Source of the DNA: Anthoceros angustus
Lineage: Eukaryota; Plantae; Anthocerotophyta
Reading direction: 5' to 3'
DNA length: 64,000 nt
Assembly: GCA_010909165.1 (NCBI GenBank)
Contig: MU008200.1
Location: 1-64,000 of the forward strand
A program made the position numbers and the translations under genes. Positions 47,166 through 59,648 of this stretch are shown piece by piece. Numbering within the stretch: position 1 is the first letter of the stretch; each line of letters begins with the position of its first letter. Under the pieces are notes generated by a model, which worked only from the letters and a program-made list of their open reading frames with translations, did not search any database and was not told where the DNA came from.

Positions 47166-47420
47166 GGCTGCTGCTGCTTGCTGATCGTCGAGCGAGTGCC
47201 GAGGAAGCGAGACGGAGCGTGAAGACGGATGCGAGTGCTGGTCTCCCCGGGCGAGAGCGAGGAAAGGGCATCCGTCATGGCGTCCTCCCGCCACTGGATC
47301 CCTGCACAATCGCCTTGTCCGCCAATCAGCTGCTGCAGTATCCTATCCGTTGGGGCATTTTGTTGGGCTCAAAACATTTTACAAAAGATGAAATTTAATG
47401 TACACCTCTTCATGGACCCT

Positions 47421-47592
47421 GGGCATCTGGTCTAGTATGGTACTTACTTAAAGTACTAGGGACCGTGAGTTCGATCCTCGTGATGTCCCCTCAGGATACC
47501 TCACAATAAGCGAATATTTTCAGCTCGCGCACCTTATTGTAACTTGAACTATGACTTTTGCGCTTATTGTAACTTGAACTATGACTTTTGCG
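47421..47592 (+). mobile_element. tRNA-Pro-derived pseudogene / SINE-like element with tandem-repeat tail
   Basis: 47421-47489 aligns to plant tRNA-Pro (GGGCATCTGGTCTAGT...GAGTTCGATCCTCG.GATGTCC), keeping the acceptor stem and A/B boxes but lacking GGT in the D-loop and with a broken anticodon arm; 30-bp direct repeat x2 at 47533-47592. Confidence 0.65.
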
Positions 47593-47899
47593 ACATCAAC
47601 AAAATATTTCCATAAGACATTGGAAATCACACCCATAATAGAATTTTCCATCGTGATGTTGTGGACCTCCATCTATCTCTAAGGTAGACTCCCTACTAGG
47701 ATCTTCAACAACCCACACATGAAAAAGAAAAAGAAGTATGTTAAAGTCCACTAAGGTGGGTGGAATTTTCGTCACGAGGAGAAGACAGAGATACAATGAA
47801 TTTGACCTAAATAGGAGTAGTGTGAAGCATAGTCAAATATCTAGCAGGTTGAAAAGCTAGATATACTCTGTTTCGAACTCCCATATTTGTTTCAAGCAT

Positions 47900-48500
47900 A
47901 CTCCTGCAATAATAAGTTAGAAAAAGAGAAGAAACCTTGGATTGAGGATCAAGATGCTGTAAATAAATTGGCAAAAGCAATCCTGATATGTTCGTAGATG
48001 GGGCAAAGAAAAGCAAAGTGTTCCTCAAACTCAACTTCCAGAAGAGAGTGAAGATCAAGCTACTGTAAATAAATTGGCAAAAGCATTCCTGATATCTTCA
48101 TAGACGGGGCAGAGGAAAACAAAGTGTTCTTCATACTTAACTTCCCTATTGTGTAATATGTATATCTTGGTCTCCTTAGGTGGCCTTGGATGCAGCCATC
48201 TATCAGTCTCAATCCTAAAACGGTGAAACCCCACACGAAGATGACCTATAATCATGAAACCCCACATGAAGATGACCTATAATCATCCTAAGCTTGAAAG
48301 ACAAATGGTTGCAAAGATAGAACAGAAAATTTATTTGTAAGTCTGGAGTTTAGTGGGTAAGGATCCATAGACGAGAGACCAAGTGTAGAAGAAATAGATG
48401 GATTGCAATTCATTGCGAATCGATCTGTTGGAAGGAGGAGGAAAAAATTGGAAGAGAGGGTGGGCTGGGAGACTTTTGGAACAAAAGAAAAGCTTCTCAA
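47900..48500 (-). mobile_element. 3' remnant of a non-LTR retrotransposon (LINE) ORF2 with a 106-bp duplication
   Basis: TKLQTYK...HRFRIETDRW...EEHFVFLCPVYEDIR resembles the C-terminal cysteine-rich region of LINE RTs; 47947-48052 repeats 48053-48158. Confidence 0.6.
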
Positions 48501-50849
48501 GCCAAGCAGAAGACTAGACATACCAGCACGTCTTGCTACCTAACGAGCCTAACTTTTGAGAGGACTGGAAAGCAAGGAGGAGGAAACATGACCAGCCCCA
48601 CCTTTGACTGAAACTTGTGACTTTGTCGGACTCTTCTATGGACGCAAGTAAGTTGTCAAAAGTAAACGAAACGCCACAGACTCTTGCACTCCAAGCTCCG
48701 TAACATGTTTATTAGGCAAGGGTTGTTGCGGATGCGGTGGGCATGGACGGGTTTATAAAGCTTGAAGCCATCATGAATCCGGAAGAGGATGTAAGCAAGG
48801 CAATTTTGTGGCATAGTGAAACCTCGTTTGACTCAAAGGGCCAAATGCTTACCATTCCCAGAGAAATCGAGGATCTAGAGTGGAAAGTCTTGATTTTTGC
48901 AAGTTATGCTACCTCTTCGGTGCAATTGGCAAAACTATTAAAATGGTACATTTTTACTGCTGCCGTTGCTACCTTTGTAGCATAGCTTGTGTTGGGTCTT
49001 GTTGTTTCGTAATGTAGGTCTGTAACGCAGCCCACTGTGTGATGACACACTTGTAAATTAAGAATCCGACTAGTGGGTCGAATAAAAAAGCATTTCAGTT
49101 TAGAAAAGAAGCTTAGAGAAGAATAAAAAGTCCTTCAACTTAGAGCCCTAACGCACTCATGGTTGGGGCATAATAGAGAAGGATTTTGGGTAAAAAGAAA
49201 AGTGAACTATACCAATTCTATTCCAGATTGGTTCCTCCACCAAACTATGGTTGGCCACATGGTATGTATGAGCTACAATTATATACAATCACGGCCTTGA
49301 ACCAAAAACTTGTTTTTCTATTGGTTTTAAAATGGAACTGATCTAAGACCAAAACTTGTGCATAATAAAAGCAAAATTTTAACCCTCCGAATGAAAAGGT
49401 AAACAAAGTAAAGAGAACATTTTCCAACTTGCGTAGCTCATTGGAGATGGTGCGCCATGGTAGGTAGTGTCATGAGCTCTCGCGAGGTGAGGATGAGATC
49501 GCCTGGTGAACTTGTATTTGCTACAAGTCCAGGAGGTGATGGCCGCATACATCGCAATGCTTAAAAAACAAAAGCCAGGTGTTGCTAATCAAGGCTGCAT
49601 CAAGCTGGACTGTATGTTGCGGGGAACAATGCGCTCCAATGCAAGGGGACAAAAGAAGCTCAACATTTGGTCACCTTAACTTTCTTCCAGCTAAATATCA
49701 TTTTTAGTGGGTTTAATTTGATTTGGTTGCGGTAGCTACAGTATTATAATTCAGAGACTGTGTTTAAAAAGCTTTAGGTTTTTTTGTGGAAATTCAATAG
49801 GCTTTAGTTGAAATAGTTGAGAATCCTAGTTTTTGGGCATGAACCTGTGAGGAAAGGGCGCCTCACAAACGTAGGAGGAGATGGCCAGCCATCTTTAGCG
49901 CTCTCCTCCCGAAACAACAAGTGCCCCTCAGCAAACGGGATAATTTGGGAAGATAGGATTGGGATCAACCCGATGATCGAAGTAAGCCGTGATCCCTTCT
50001 ACCCGAGTTGTGACTTAAAGCGAGGAACTGCATATGTTTGCTCAAGCGGAGAGTATCAACCAGCTCCTCTTCCTCACGTTGGTCTGAGTGGAAGCTATCC
50101 TACCAACTGATTGTGGATGGTCCTCGTTACATCCTACCAGTGTGTGTAGTCATCTCACCTCCACTGCTTCCTATCCGCCTGCCCATGTGCTCGTTAGAAA
50201 GAGTGCTTGGTTGATTAGTGGTCTTGTGAGATGAGCACATGTGTGGGCTTTAATCGCAGGTTGGGTAGCTGCATTCTCATGCACCTCTTCTTCTTGGTGC
50301 TCCATGTGGCTGGAGAATTAGATTGAAGGAGAGTTCTTGCTAGCAGCCCATATGTATCATCACTACAAATTACAAGCTTATGTATTGTAAATGTATTTTG
50401 CAAAGTAATGGAAGGATGTTAATTAAAAGCCTAGCAAGTGTTGTCAGGCCGCACTTGAATTTCAGTGATGTATGAGTGAAGGGCTGTCCGTGCTTTGCCC
50501 TTTTAAGTGAGAACGACATCTTACAAACCGGACTAAAATAATTGAAAACTGCCGTTGAATTGCAGGGAATTCTCAATTGCGTGAATTCTCAATTGCAATC
50601 TACCGTTAAACACCCTTGAGTCGGATCAGTGCTGGGATGGGGTGTTATCCCCTGGTGTAAAAAGTCCTACGCAGCCGCCCGTTATAAAAGCCCTACGGGG
50701 CTACTTTGAATTAAATGCACTATAAATCGAATGTTCACTATAAATCGAATCAACTGGGTCTTGAATAGGGATGTGTATGCCGAGTTCGGCCGAACTTTTC
50801 CAGCGGGGAAAAATCCCATACCCGCAGGAAGCAGTCAGGGATCATCCAG

Positions 50850-52990
50850 GAGATACCAGAGGGAGAGAGATCGCAGATCAGTTACCCCTGCCGAAAATGG
50901 AAAAAGTTCAGGGAAGGGGGAGCGGGAGTGGCCTTTATGGTGCAGGTTGGTAGGGTATGGGGATAGAGCGAACAATGTGAGGAGGGACTGCCTGGTGAAG
51001 CTGTCAAACCGAGAGGTCCTAAAGGGGTGTACCACAAAGAAGAAGTTGGATGTTGGAAGAAAAATCCATGGTCTTGTCGTTTCAGGTGGGTATGAGTTTT
51101 AGCGGGCCACACCATCGGCACGTATGCTTCTCATGGTAGGCTGACTGAAGCGTTGGAGGTATTCGCCAAACTGGTCTCTCCAGATGCATGCATGTGGTCA
51201 TCCTTGATTTTAGCGCATGCCGAACACGGAGAACCTATGCAGGCAATAAAACTGTACTGGCAGATGCGTCAGTTAAGAATTACACCAGACGCTCATATAT
51301 TTGTAGCTGTCCTTAAAGCATGTTAAACGCAGCAGATTTGGCATCAGGCAGGGAGGTCCCTGCTGATTTTCTGCGGACTGAACCTGAGCCAAAAGTTTAT
51401 GTTGGCAGCTGCCTGGTTGACATGTATGCAAAATGCGGGAGCGTAGATAATGCACGCAGAGTTTTTGACGACTTGGCCACAAAGAATGTGGTGACGTGGA
51501 CTGCAATGCTTGCAGGATATGCTCAGCATGGGCTTGGGGAAGAAGGTCTTGCTCTTTATGCAAGTATACAACAGGAAGGCATCACACCAGCTGACCAGGT
51601 TAAGGTTGTTTGCCTCCTGAAAGCATGTGCCAGCATCAGAGCGTTAGACCTTGGAAAGCAGCTTCATTCCCAAGTTCAGGATAGAGGACTGGACGGTGAT
51701 GTAGTGGTTGGTAGCTGCCTGGTGGACATGTATACAAAATGTGGGAGCATAGCGGATGCCTGCAGGGTGTTTGACAATTTGCCCTCGAGAAATGTGGTGG
51801 CGTGGACTGCTACGCTAGCAGGATATGCTCAGCATGGGCTTGGTAAGGAAGCCCTTGCTTTATGCAGTTATGGAGCAGGAAAGGATGTTTCCAGCTGATT
51901 ACGTTGTGCCAGCGCTGGTGCTCTACACCAGGGGAAGCAGCTCCATTCTCAGATTCAGGCAAGAGGACTGGAATCTAACGTGCTTGTCAGTAACTGTCTG
52001 GTGGGCATGTATGCAAGATGCGAAAGCTTGGACGAGGCCCGCAGGGTGTTTGACAATATGCTGACTAAATATGGGGTGACATGGACCTCGATGCTTTGTG
52101 GGTATGCTCAGCATGGTCTTGGTCAGGAAGTGCTGTCTCTTTATGCAGTCATGCAAAAAGAGGGCATCAATCCAACCGATAATGTTGCATTTGTTTGCCT
52201 CCTCAAGGCATGTGCCAGCGTTGGTGCATTGCACCAGGGTAAGCAGCTTCACTGTCAGATCCAGACAAGAGGGCTTGGAGCTGACCTTGTTGTCAACAAC
52301 TGCCTGGTGGCCATCTATGCGAAGTGTGGGAGTCTAGACGATGCCCGCAAGGTGTTTGATAGTATGAGCACAAGAGATGTGGTGACACTGGCAGGAATTC
52401 ATCCAGATGCGGTTACATTTGTGTCCCTTCTCACAGCTTGCAGTCATGCTGGCCTGGCCGAGAAAGGTTTGGAGTACTTTGAATCCATGAGCAAAGACTT
52501 TGGCGTGACTCCGGAGATTGAGCATTGTGTGAGCATGGTAGACCTCTTCGGCCGCGCAGGAAACTTTTCAAAGGTAGAGCAGCTCTTGTGAGTGATGCAA
52601 ATGCAGCCTGTTGGCTTTGCGTCCTGGGTGTCTGTCGGACGCACGGCAACATAGCCCTGGCAGAACGTGTTTTTGATTGGGCCTTGCGTCTGCAGCCCAA
52701 GGATGCTGCAGTATATGTTGTGATGTCACACGTCTATGCCGATGCTGGCCTTTTTGACCGAGCAAGAGCACTCACTATTCAAGTGCAGAAGGAGGGAAGG
52801 TGCCTAGAAGGAACCTGGCTGGAGCTGGTTTGAGGTCGAGCAGGAAGCGCTCACACTCTTCGTAGGAGACCGTAAGCGGCCTGAACATGAGGAAGTACAT
52901 CGCCTTTTAGATAAGGTAACCTTACTGCGGAGGCAAACTGGGAATATATCATGGACTCGTTATAATCCGCTCGCGAAGAATTTTTCCATT
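50850..52990 (+). pseudogene. PLS-class PPR gene with E/E+ extension, disrupted by several stops and frameshifts; no DYW domain seen
   Basis: Repeated VGSCLVDMYAKCGS.D.ARRVFD....NVVTWTAMLAGYAQHGLG motifs; PDAVTFVSLLTACSHAGL; EHCVSMVDLFGRAG; GVCRTHGNIALAERVF...AAVYVVMSHVYADAG; lesions near 51100, 51320, 51870, 52590, 52800. Start uncertain. Confidence 0.9.
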
Positions 52991-53487
52991 CAACAGACTT
53001 CTCCTCGAATTACCTCTAAGTTTCCCGGACGCACCTGAAGAATTCCAACTTGCTGTCCATGCCCATTGCTGCACTCTTGTTGGAACTCAAGCAATGGGCT
53101 CTCTGTCGGCACCCCATCTCGCTGCAGTCCTATGTCCTTCGCCGAAATTCTAAGTTCGGCCGAAGCCATCCTTTGCTGCCTTCATTTGCGGGTATCCTTT
53201 TCCACAAACGGGAATCAAATCGACGTCTTGCTGCCTTCATACCACCCTCGTGCCGACGATGCGAGATACTAGAAAACGCAGCCGAAGCGGCCAGCCAGCG
53301 ATTCGTTACCGGTACCCGGTTGTCGGCCGCGTAGCTGCGGGGAGGGGACGACCGCCGGGGGAGGAGGTGGGGACCTCCAGGTGGCGGTTCCCGGCGGGAC
53401 GCGACTGTCGGGAGCCAGGGGTTGTAGGAATTACGCCGGTTGGGGACTTACTGCGATTAACCGTCGGCACAGCGTCGGGGGATCGAC

Positions 53488-55555
53488 TTGCCTTGCCTTG
53501 CCTTCCGTGCCTCGCCTTCTCGGAGAAAGCCCGGGCTTGCTCGTCGCGCACACACAAACTCATGCTCCCGTCGCCGCAAGCCTGCGAGAGTGGCGGATAA
53601 GTCGAAATCCGGGCCCCCCAGGCGCGCGTCGGTGCCGTGTAGAGGGCATGGCTACCACAAGCCCGACAAATACGGCGTGACGGTGCAGGGGAGTTGGAAC
53701 AAGACGAAGCAAGGCGGGCCGACGATCCCTCACATACACGGCATCGCCGCGCTGCTGCGCGCCGTCTTCCCGGGCCAGAAGGACGAGGATCGGAGAGTTC
53801 CGACCAAGAATTTGCAGCACGTTGTGTTGAACTATAGCAACGAGATTCTGCCCCCGTTCAATCTTGATACGCTTTATCCCGACCCCAAGGTCCGATCGTT
53901 CAAGCTGCGGGACGTGGTGAGTGTTCCTGGCCCTGTTTCTGTCGCTTCTAGGGCCGAGGGAATGCGCGGTTTCTTCTCGCTTTTGTGTCAGCTACCGGAA
54001 GGTTGCTGCTTGCTGGTGTGAGATTCCACCAGGCGTGTCTTCTTGTAACTGTGGCGCCTTTCCTCTTTTGCAGGACCCGGAACTGATCGTCTTTCCGCAA
54101 AGGCCTATCAAGAAGCTCACGCCCGGCAAGATCCCTCATATTCGCCATATTGCGCACGTGCACCGAGCTGTGTTCCCACCGGAAGTGAAGTCGGACGCTG
54201 TGCCTTTGGAGCCGGTTGACGAGTACCAGAGCGTTGTGGTAACCTACGGCAAGGAGATCATCTACCCCTTCACCGACAACGAGTTCCACACACAGGAGAT
54301 CACGGACGTTCTTGTAAGTTCCATCACACCCTCTCGAAATGGAGCTCGTGAAATTCGAGAGAGTGTGGGAGAGAGCTGTGTAGACAATAATCCTTGTGGC
54401 AGAGTCTGTGATATTTGGATTGCTTCTGCCCTGCATTCTACACATTCACATGTGTTGGACAGAATAGCAGGATTGGTAGGGTCTTGGACCGTCGTGACCC
54501 TCCCTTCTCTTGTCTGTGCTGGTGTTCCAGCCCCCTGTTCCAAGGAAACCCCCGAGGCTGCTTGATACTTGGAGGCTGAAGCCGTACTACTTTGATCTCA
54601 CTCCGGTTTACGGTTAATTCGACTCTTGTACGTTCTTATCTGCTGCTCACAATTCTCCATTGCTGCTGCATCTGCATGATGCAAGACAATGAATCGAGGA
54701 AAGTGAGCACTGATGGAAATGGAAATCTGTATATACAGGACAGAGATAACTTTCTTCTTGAAACATGGCTACTACTGCAGTGGACGTGAAAGAGCTGCCA
54801 AACTCTTATATTTTTGTTGCCGACATGCCTGGCCTCAAGTACACCGATATCAAGGTGCAGAAAAGTCTCATAAATCGTCCTCCTTTTCTACTACCCCATT
54901 AGTGGTCCTTGCTTGTCCGGGACTTTGTCTCTAACTTTCCGGCGCCAGCCAGCGACCTTTCGGGTCTGATCCATCGGCAACACCCTCGCCCATCTTCACC
55001 AACAAGGTCCCCCCACCCCATTGGTTCGCTGGGTTTAACCATTCCGATTCTGACAAGCGGACTAGTTTCTGCAGGTCAGCATAGAGAACGATTCTATGCT
55101 TAAAATATACGGGGAACGTAAGCGCGAGGTGGGAAAGGGGTTGTCCAGTCCAGAAAGAGAAATCCAGTCCATGTCGGGATGTCTACTAACAGTCTTCGTT
55201 GCACACACAGTCCCATTTCAACCCGCTCTGTCTATAAAGCATCCACTAATGCCGTGTGCCAAGTTCCCTGCAGGTGCAAATTGAGAATGACAGTACACTC
55301 AAGATTAGTGGAGAGCGGAAACGTGATGAATTTCTAACTGATACTGAAATTAAGTACGTAAGAGTAGAGCGAGCAGCAGGCAAGTTCATGCGAAAGTTTA
55401 ACCTTCCTAGCAATGCAAATCTGGAAGGAATTTCCGCAGCTTGCCAAGATGGTCTCCTTACGGTGATTGTGCCCAAGATTCCTCCACCGGAGCCTCACAG
55501 GCCAAAGACCTTCGATATCAAAGTTGGATCATGCACGTTTCATGGAGGACCTTAG
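53488..55555 (+). CDS. Cytosolic class II-like small heat-shock protein (alpha-crystallin domain), apparently fused to an N-terminal region with two tandem copies of an unknown ~60-aa unit
   Basis: ACD exons 54765-54856 and 55274-55555 ([59 protein letters not shown]). Upstream GT-AG exons ending ~53916, 54074-54313, 54531-54612 and from 54686 splice in frame, but a 1-nt gap remains at ~54764. True start not located. Confidence 0.7.
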
Positions 55556-56308
55556 AGCTGATTTTTTTGCTGACTTGATGGACCACAGATCTTCGGGAGA
55601 TGCCCCTCCAACTTGCCAGTTTGGCGAGTCAGCTGGGATGCATTTGGTCTTCTTTGTCTGCACGGACTTCCATCACAAGAAGCTCGATTGCGTCCTCCAA
55701 TTACAGGTTCTTCCTGTTGTATTATAGGCCCATCCGGGCAGCCCTGTGGATGCACATGCTTGCAAACAATGTGAAGCTATTCTTTTGTCCTCAACCAAAC
55801 AGCTAAGGGTTTCTCTGAATTTGCTTGCAACATCAGCCATAACAGCTAACACATCACATAGACATAGTTGAGCCCGTCTCTCTGTTGGGTCATTTAGGGA
55901 AACACGTATGTTCTTTGTGAAAAACAAATTGCTTTTTCCTGCAAATTGTTTAAAAACGTGAGAGGGGGCCAGTAAGAAGGATCGTTCAGTGGTGCCACGA
56001 CGTTTCAAGCCTGATATGATAAATAATGACACAGCAACTTCAAGCTTGACCTGAGCACTACCTCATGACGCGTCAGGAACCATAAACTGGAATGGCCTCC
56101 CTTCCTGCACACAAGCAGTATATATGACAGCAGAGTCAGAGAAAGGATCACAAAACAATCATAGCACACTGCATTTCTCAGTTGGACCAGCATGCCTACC
56201 TCTGCTACCACATGCACCCACTAAGATTCTGGATCTCAGAAACACAAGTTCCTGCAAAACATAAGCAGAACCGTCCTCAAAGCAGGCACGTGCATTTCCA
56301 GTACCCAG

Positions 56309-59297
56309 TCATTTTGGAGCCTGCTTCGGCTTGCTCTTCAGCCTAAGTCCACTAGTTTTGTGGGGCTTCTTCGTTTTCCAAAACTCTTTCTTACCACCTG
56401 GTTTGGGGGCAGCTTTCCCGCTCAAGAGCAACTCTTTGGCAGCTATCTGACCTAGCACAGCCTTTCTATCACTCTCTTGCTGAATTTGCCGCTTTTTCTT
56501 CACAAGATCTGCCAGCTTCCTGTAGGTTTCAGGGTCTGGCTTCTGCTTGCGCTGTAACATTTTATCAAACCATCTAAAGACATTCTTGAAGTCGCGCACA
56601 CGTAGGAAAGCATAGACTATGGTACAATAGGTGTAGGAATCAGGTCTCAAGCCCAGTTTCAGCATCTCCTTGACGAGGTCGGGAATCTTCTCATGGTTTC
56701 CACCTCTGCCATAGGCATTGATGAGCATGTTGTATGTCATATTATCAGGCCTGTAACCAAGAACTGCATACTCAGACACCACATCTCTAGCCTCCTGGTA
56801 GCGGCCCTGCTTTGCAAAAGCATCTACCAGAGTGTTGAAAGTGATCCTTGTGCCTTTGCATCCTACAGCTTTCATCTCCCTCCAAATCCTTATGACCTGT
56901 TCAATTTCCCCTGCTACCCTGTAGCCTTCCAGTAAGGCAGTATAAGTCTGTACCGTAGGGGAAATTCCCTCTCTTTGCATGTTTTCAAAGGCCATAGCAG
57001 CTTTTGTATGCCATCCGTCCTCAGAATAAGCGTGGATTAAAGCTGTGTACGCATTGACATTTGGAAAAATGCCAGCCTTCCGCATTTTGGCAAACACGTT
57101 GGCAGCCTTTTCACTCATCTTCCTCTTAGCATAAGCATTAATCAATGTGGTATACGTAACTATATCTGGCTTCAGGCGTGCATCCTGCATTTCAGTAAAC
57201 AGATCCTCTGCTACTTCAAAACGTCCTTGCCTTCCATACACATTCATGAGAGCATTGTATGTAGACACATGCAGCCGAAGCCCTCGCCTCTTCACCTCTG
57301 ACAGTAGCCACTCTGCCACATCTAGCATACTGGCCTTCCCAAAGGCGTCAATGAGAGTATTGTAGACAATGATATTTGGCAGCATCCCTGATGTTTCCAT
57401 CTCATTTACGAAGACGAGAGCATCATCCAAACGTCCCTCATCACAGAAGGCTTTCACAACAGAGCCAAACACTGCAGTATTTGGAAGTACTTGATTCTGT
57501 GTCATTGTATTATAAATCCTCAATACTTCTTTAAGGCCTCTCTTTTTCTTCACAGCATAATTGATGAAGAGACTGAATGTTACAGCGTCTTTTTTTATGC
57601 CCCTGCTCTCCATGTCTGTGAGCACAGGTTGTAGGTCGTCTTCCCTGTTCAAGGAAGAACTCAGGGTTAGCTATGAGATCATACAGCGACAAATTGTTCA
57701 GGCTCATCTCATCTAATGAAAGTGGCCATACTTCTTACCTTCCACAGCTCAACAGCAGTCCAATATAGGAGTTATAGGTTTGTATGCTTCGAAAATCAGC
57801 CTTCATGTTCTGAAAGATGAGGATGGCCTGCTTCATCATGCCTGCGGTACCTAGGAGGGGCAGAATAAGCGAATAGCTCCTTGAGTTTACAAGGGTAGGA
57901 TCCTGGGATCTCATCCATTCAAACACAGCAAAAGCTTGACGAAAATGCCTCACATCCGCCAGCCTTTCAATAACATTGTTTGCATCCATGGTGCTCAGCT
58001 TGCCCAAATAGGATTCCATGACGTCATACACACTGTTCGTTACATCCTTCCCAACACTTACCAGCTCTTGTACCAGCTCCTCAACAATAGACGATGCAGC
58101 AGGAGCAGTAGGCTTAATGTTTATCAAGCGAAGGCGCTCACTAACGGAAAGTGGAGGTCCTTCCAGTGGGACGGCACCGTCACTGTCCTTATGTGATACA
58201 TGCTGCTGGCCATCATGATTATCCATTTTATACTTCTCTGAACTGCCACGATCCACCTCTCTTGGCATGTCCATGTCATGTATAATACTCCAGGGCTCAT
58301 TTTGTGACAGGTCAGCCAACTGCTGGTTTGCAATCCTAGGCTCTGTCACTCCGTAATCACCCAACGCAATAGGCAGACGGGCAATCTCCTCCACCTCATG
58401 TAAAGCAGTCTCACTTATGTCAACCGGTACTAACCCATAAAAAATTTCATCCTCCAACGTCTCATCTTCCAAATCAGATGCCTCGTTCTCCAGATCAGAA
58501 CCCTCATCCTCAAGCATAAAATCAGATTCAAGCACACTGCCCTCTGGTTGCTGCTCATCGGAGATCCGGCTCGTCTCATGCAGCGACTGAAAACTTTGTC
58601 TGCCCACAGAGAAAACTTTACGTCCAGTCAGCAGACCTCGGCTAGCTGGAAACAGCTCCTCCAGGAAATCAACCTCTAGGTCAACAGCATTGCCTATATC
58701 AAGCTCGATCTCATTTTTGAGAGAAGAAAAATCCTCCAGTGCGTCTTCTGATAAGCCTTCGTCCAGACCTCGCAATGACTGCGTATACTTGAAAAACACG
58801 TCTTGGGACGGTATCTCCTCCTGTTCCGCACCATGAAAACCTGAACCGTCTTCATGACCGCTAATAGATTCAGAAGGCCGCTCCTCGTCTTCCAGACGAA
58901 GGTCGTCCGAGAGATCCTCAATGTCGTCAAGTTGCCTAAGCGGCACATCGCTATGATCTACAGGATCTCCTTTTTCAACTTCGAACTGGATGCATCTAGG
59001 CAGCGCGTCGTGCCCCGTCCCGACAGTCTCAGACCTCTTCCCTTTGGCACAATCCGGTCGAGTGGGCTCCAAATACTGAATGAACAACGGACTAGCCCCC
59101 CAATCCTGGGCACTGGCCCTGCTTCCTTCAGACACACCAGCATTACGAGCATTTCCCTGGACGGAGTATTCTCTCGACCCTAGCCGAGCACGGGTTAACA
59201 CAACGCGAAAATGGTGTCCGGCTCGGTAGTAGCTGGATGAAGTGCAAGACGGCACATGCGGGCCGGCCATCCAAACACCGCAAAACCGAGAACACAT
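56309..59297 (-). CDS. EMB1006: P-class PPR protein, EMB1006 (At5g50280)-like, 964 aa, 2 exons: 59297-57739, 57644-56309; long acidic N-terminal region
   Basis: About a dozen 35-aa P repeats; FEWMRSQDPTLVNSRSYSLILPLLG and C-terminal QKPDPETYRKL...KAVLG...KKEFWK match my recollection of EMB1006; exons sum to 2895 nt. Confidence 0.85.
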
Positions 59298-59643
59298 TGC
59301 TCAACCAGAAAGCACCCAAATCCGGACAAATTTATTCAATTCTGATTGTCGTCTGCTGGGACCTCAGCTATTACCAGGCTAGGGAGAAGAACATAAAACT
59401 GTACACCAATCTCACTGCGGTGCCACTTATTGCTCCACCCTTGATGCGTCAGGCCGGCCATCGAAACACCGCAAAACCGAGAACACATTGCTCAGGCAGA
59501 AAGCACCCAAATCCGGACAATTTTTTTCAATCCTGATTGTCGTCTGCTGGGACCTCAGCTATTACCAGGCTAGGGAGAAAAACATAAAACTGTACACCAA
59601 TCTCACTGCGGTGCCACTCATTGCTGCACCCTTGATGCGTCAA
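59262..59643. repeat. 191-bp tandem duplication covering the PPR start codon and upstream region
   Basis: GCCGGCCATC.AAACACCGCAAAACCGAGAACACAT at 59262 and 59453; few substitutions. Confidence 0.95.
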
Positions 59644-59648
59644 GACAA

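Noticed and set aside
47421-47489. Functional tRNA gene
   Set aside because: The D-loop GG is missing and the anticodon stem does not pair; kept only as a pseudogene/SINE head.
50361-50370. CACTACAAAT as a left CACTA terminus
   Set aside because: No subterminal repeat array or partner end nearby; probably chance.
52830-53250. DYW deaminase domain after the PPR E domain
   Set aside because: No HxE(x)nCxxC or HSEKLA-like motif found in any frame I read.
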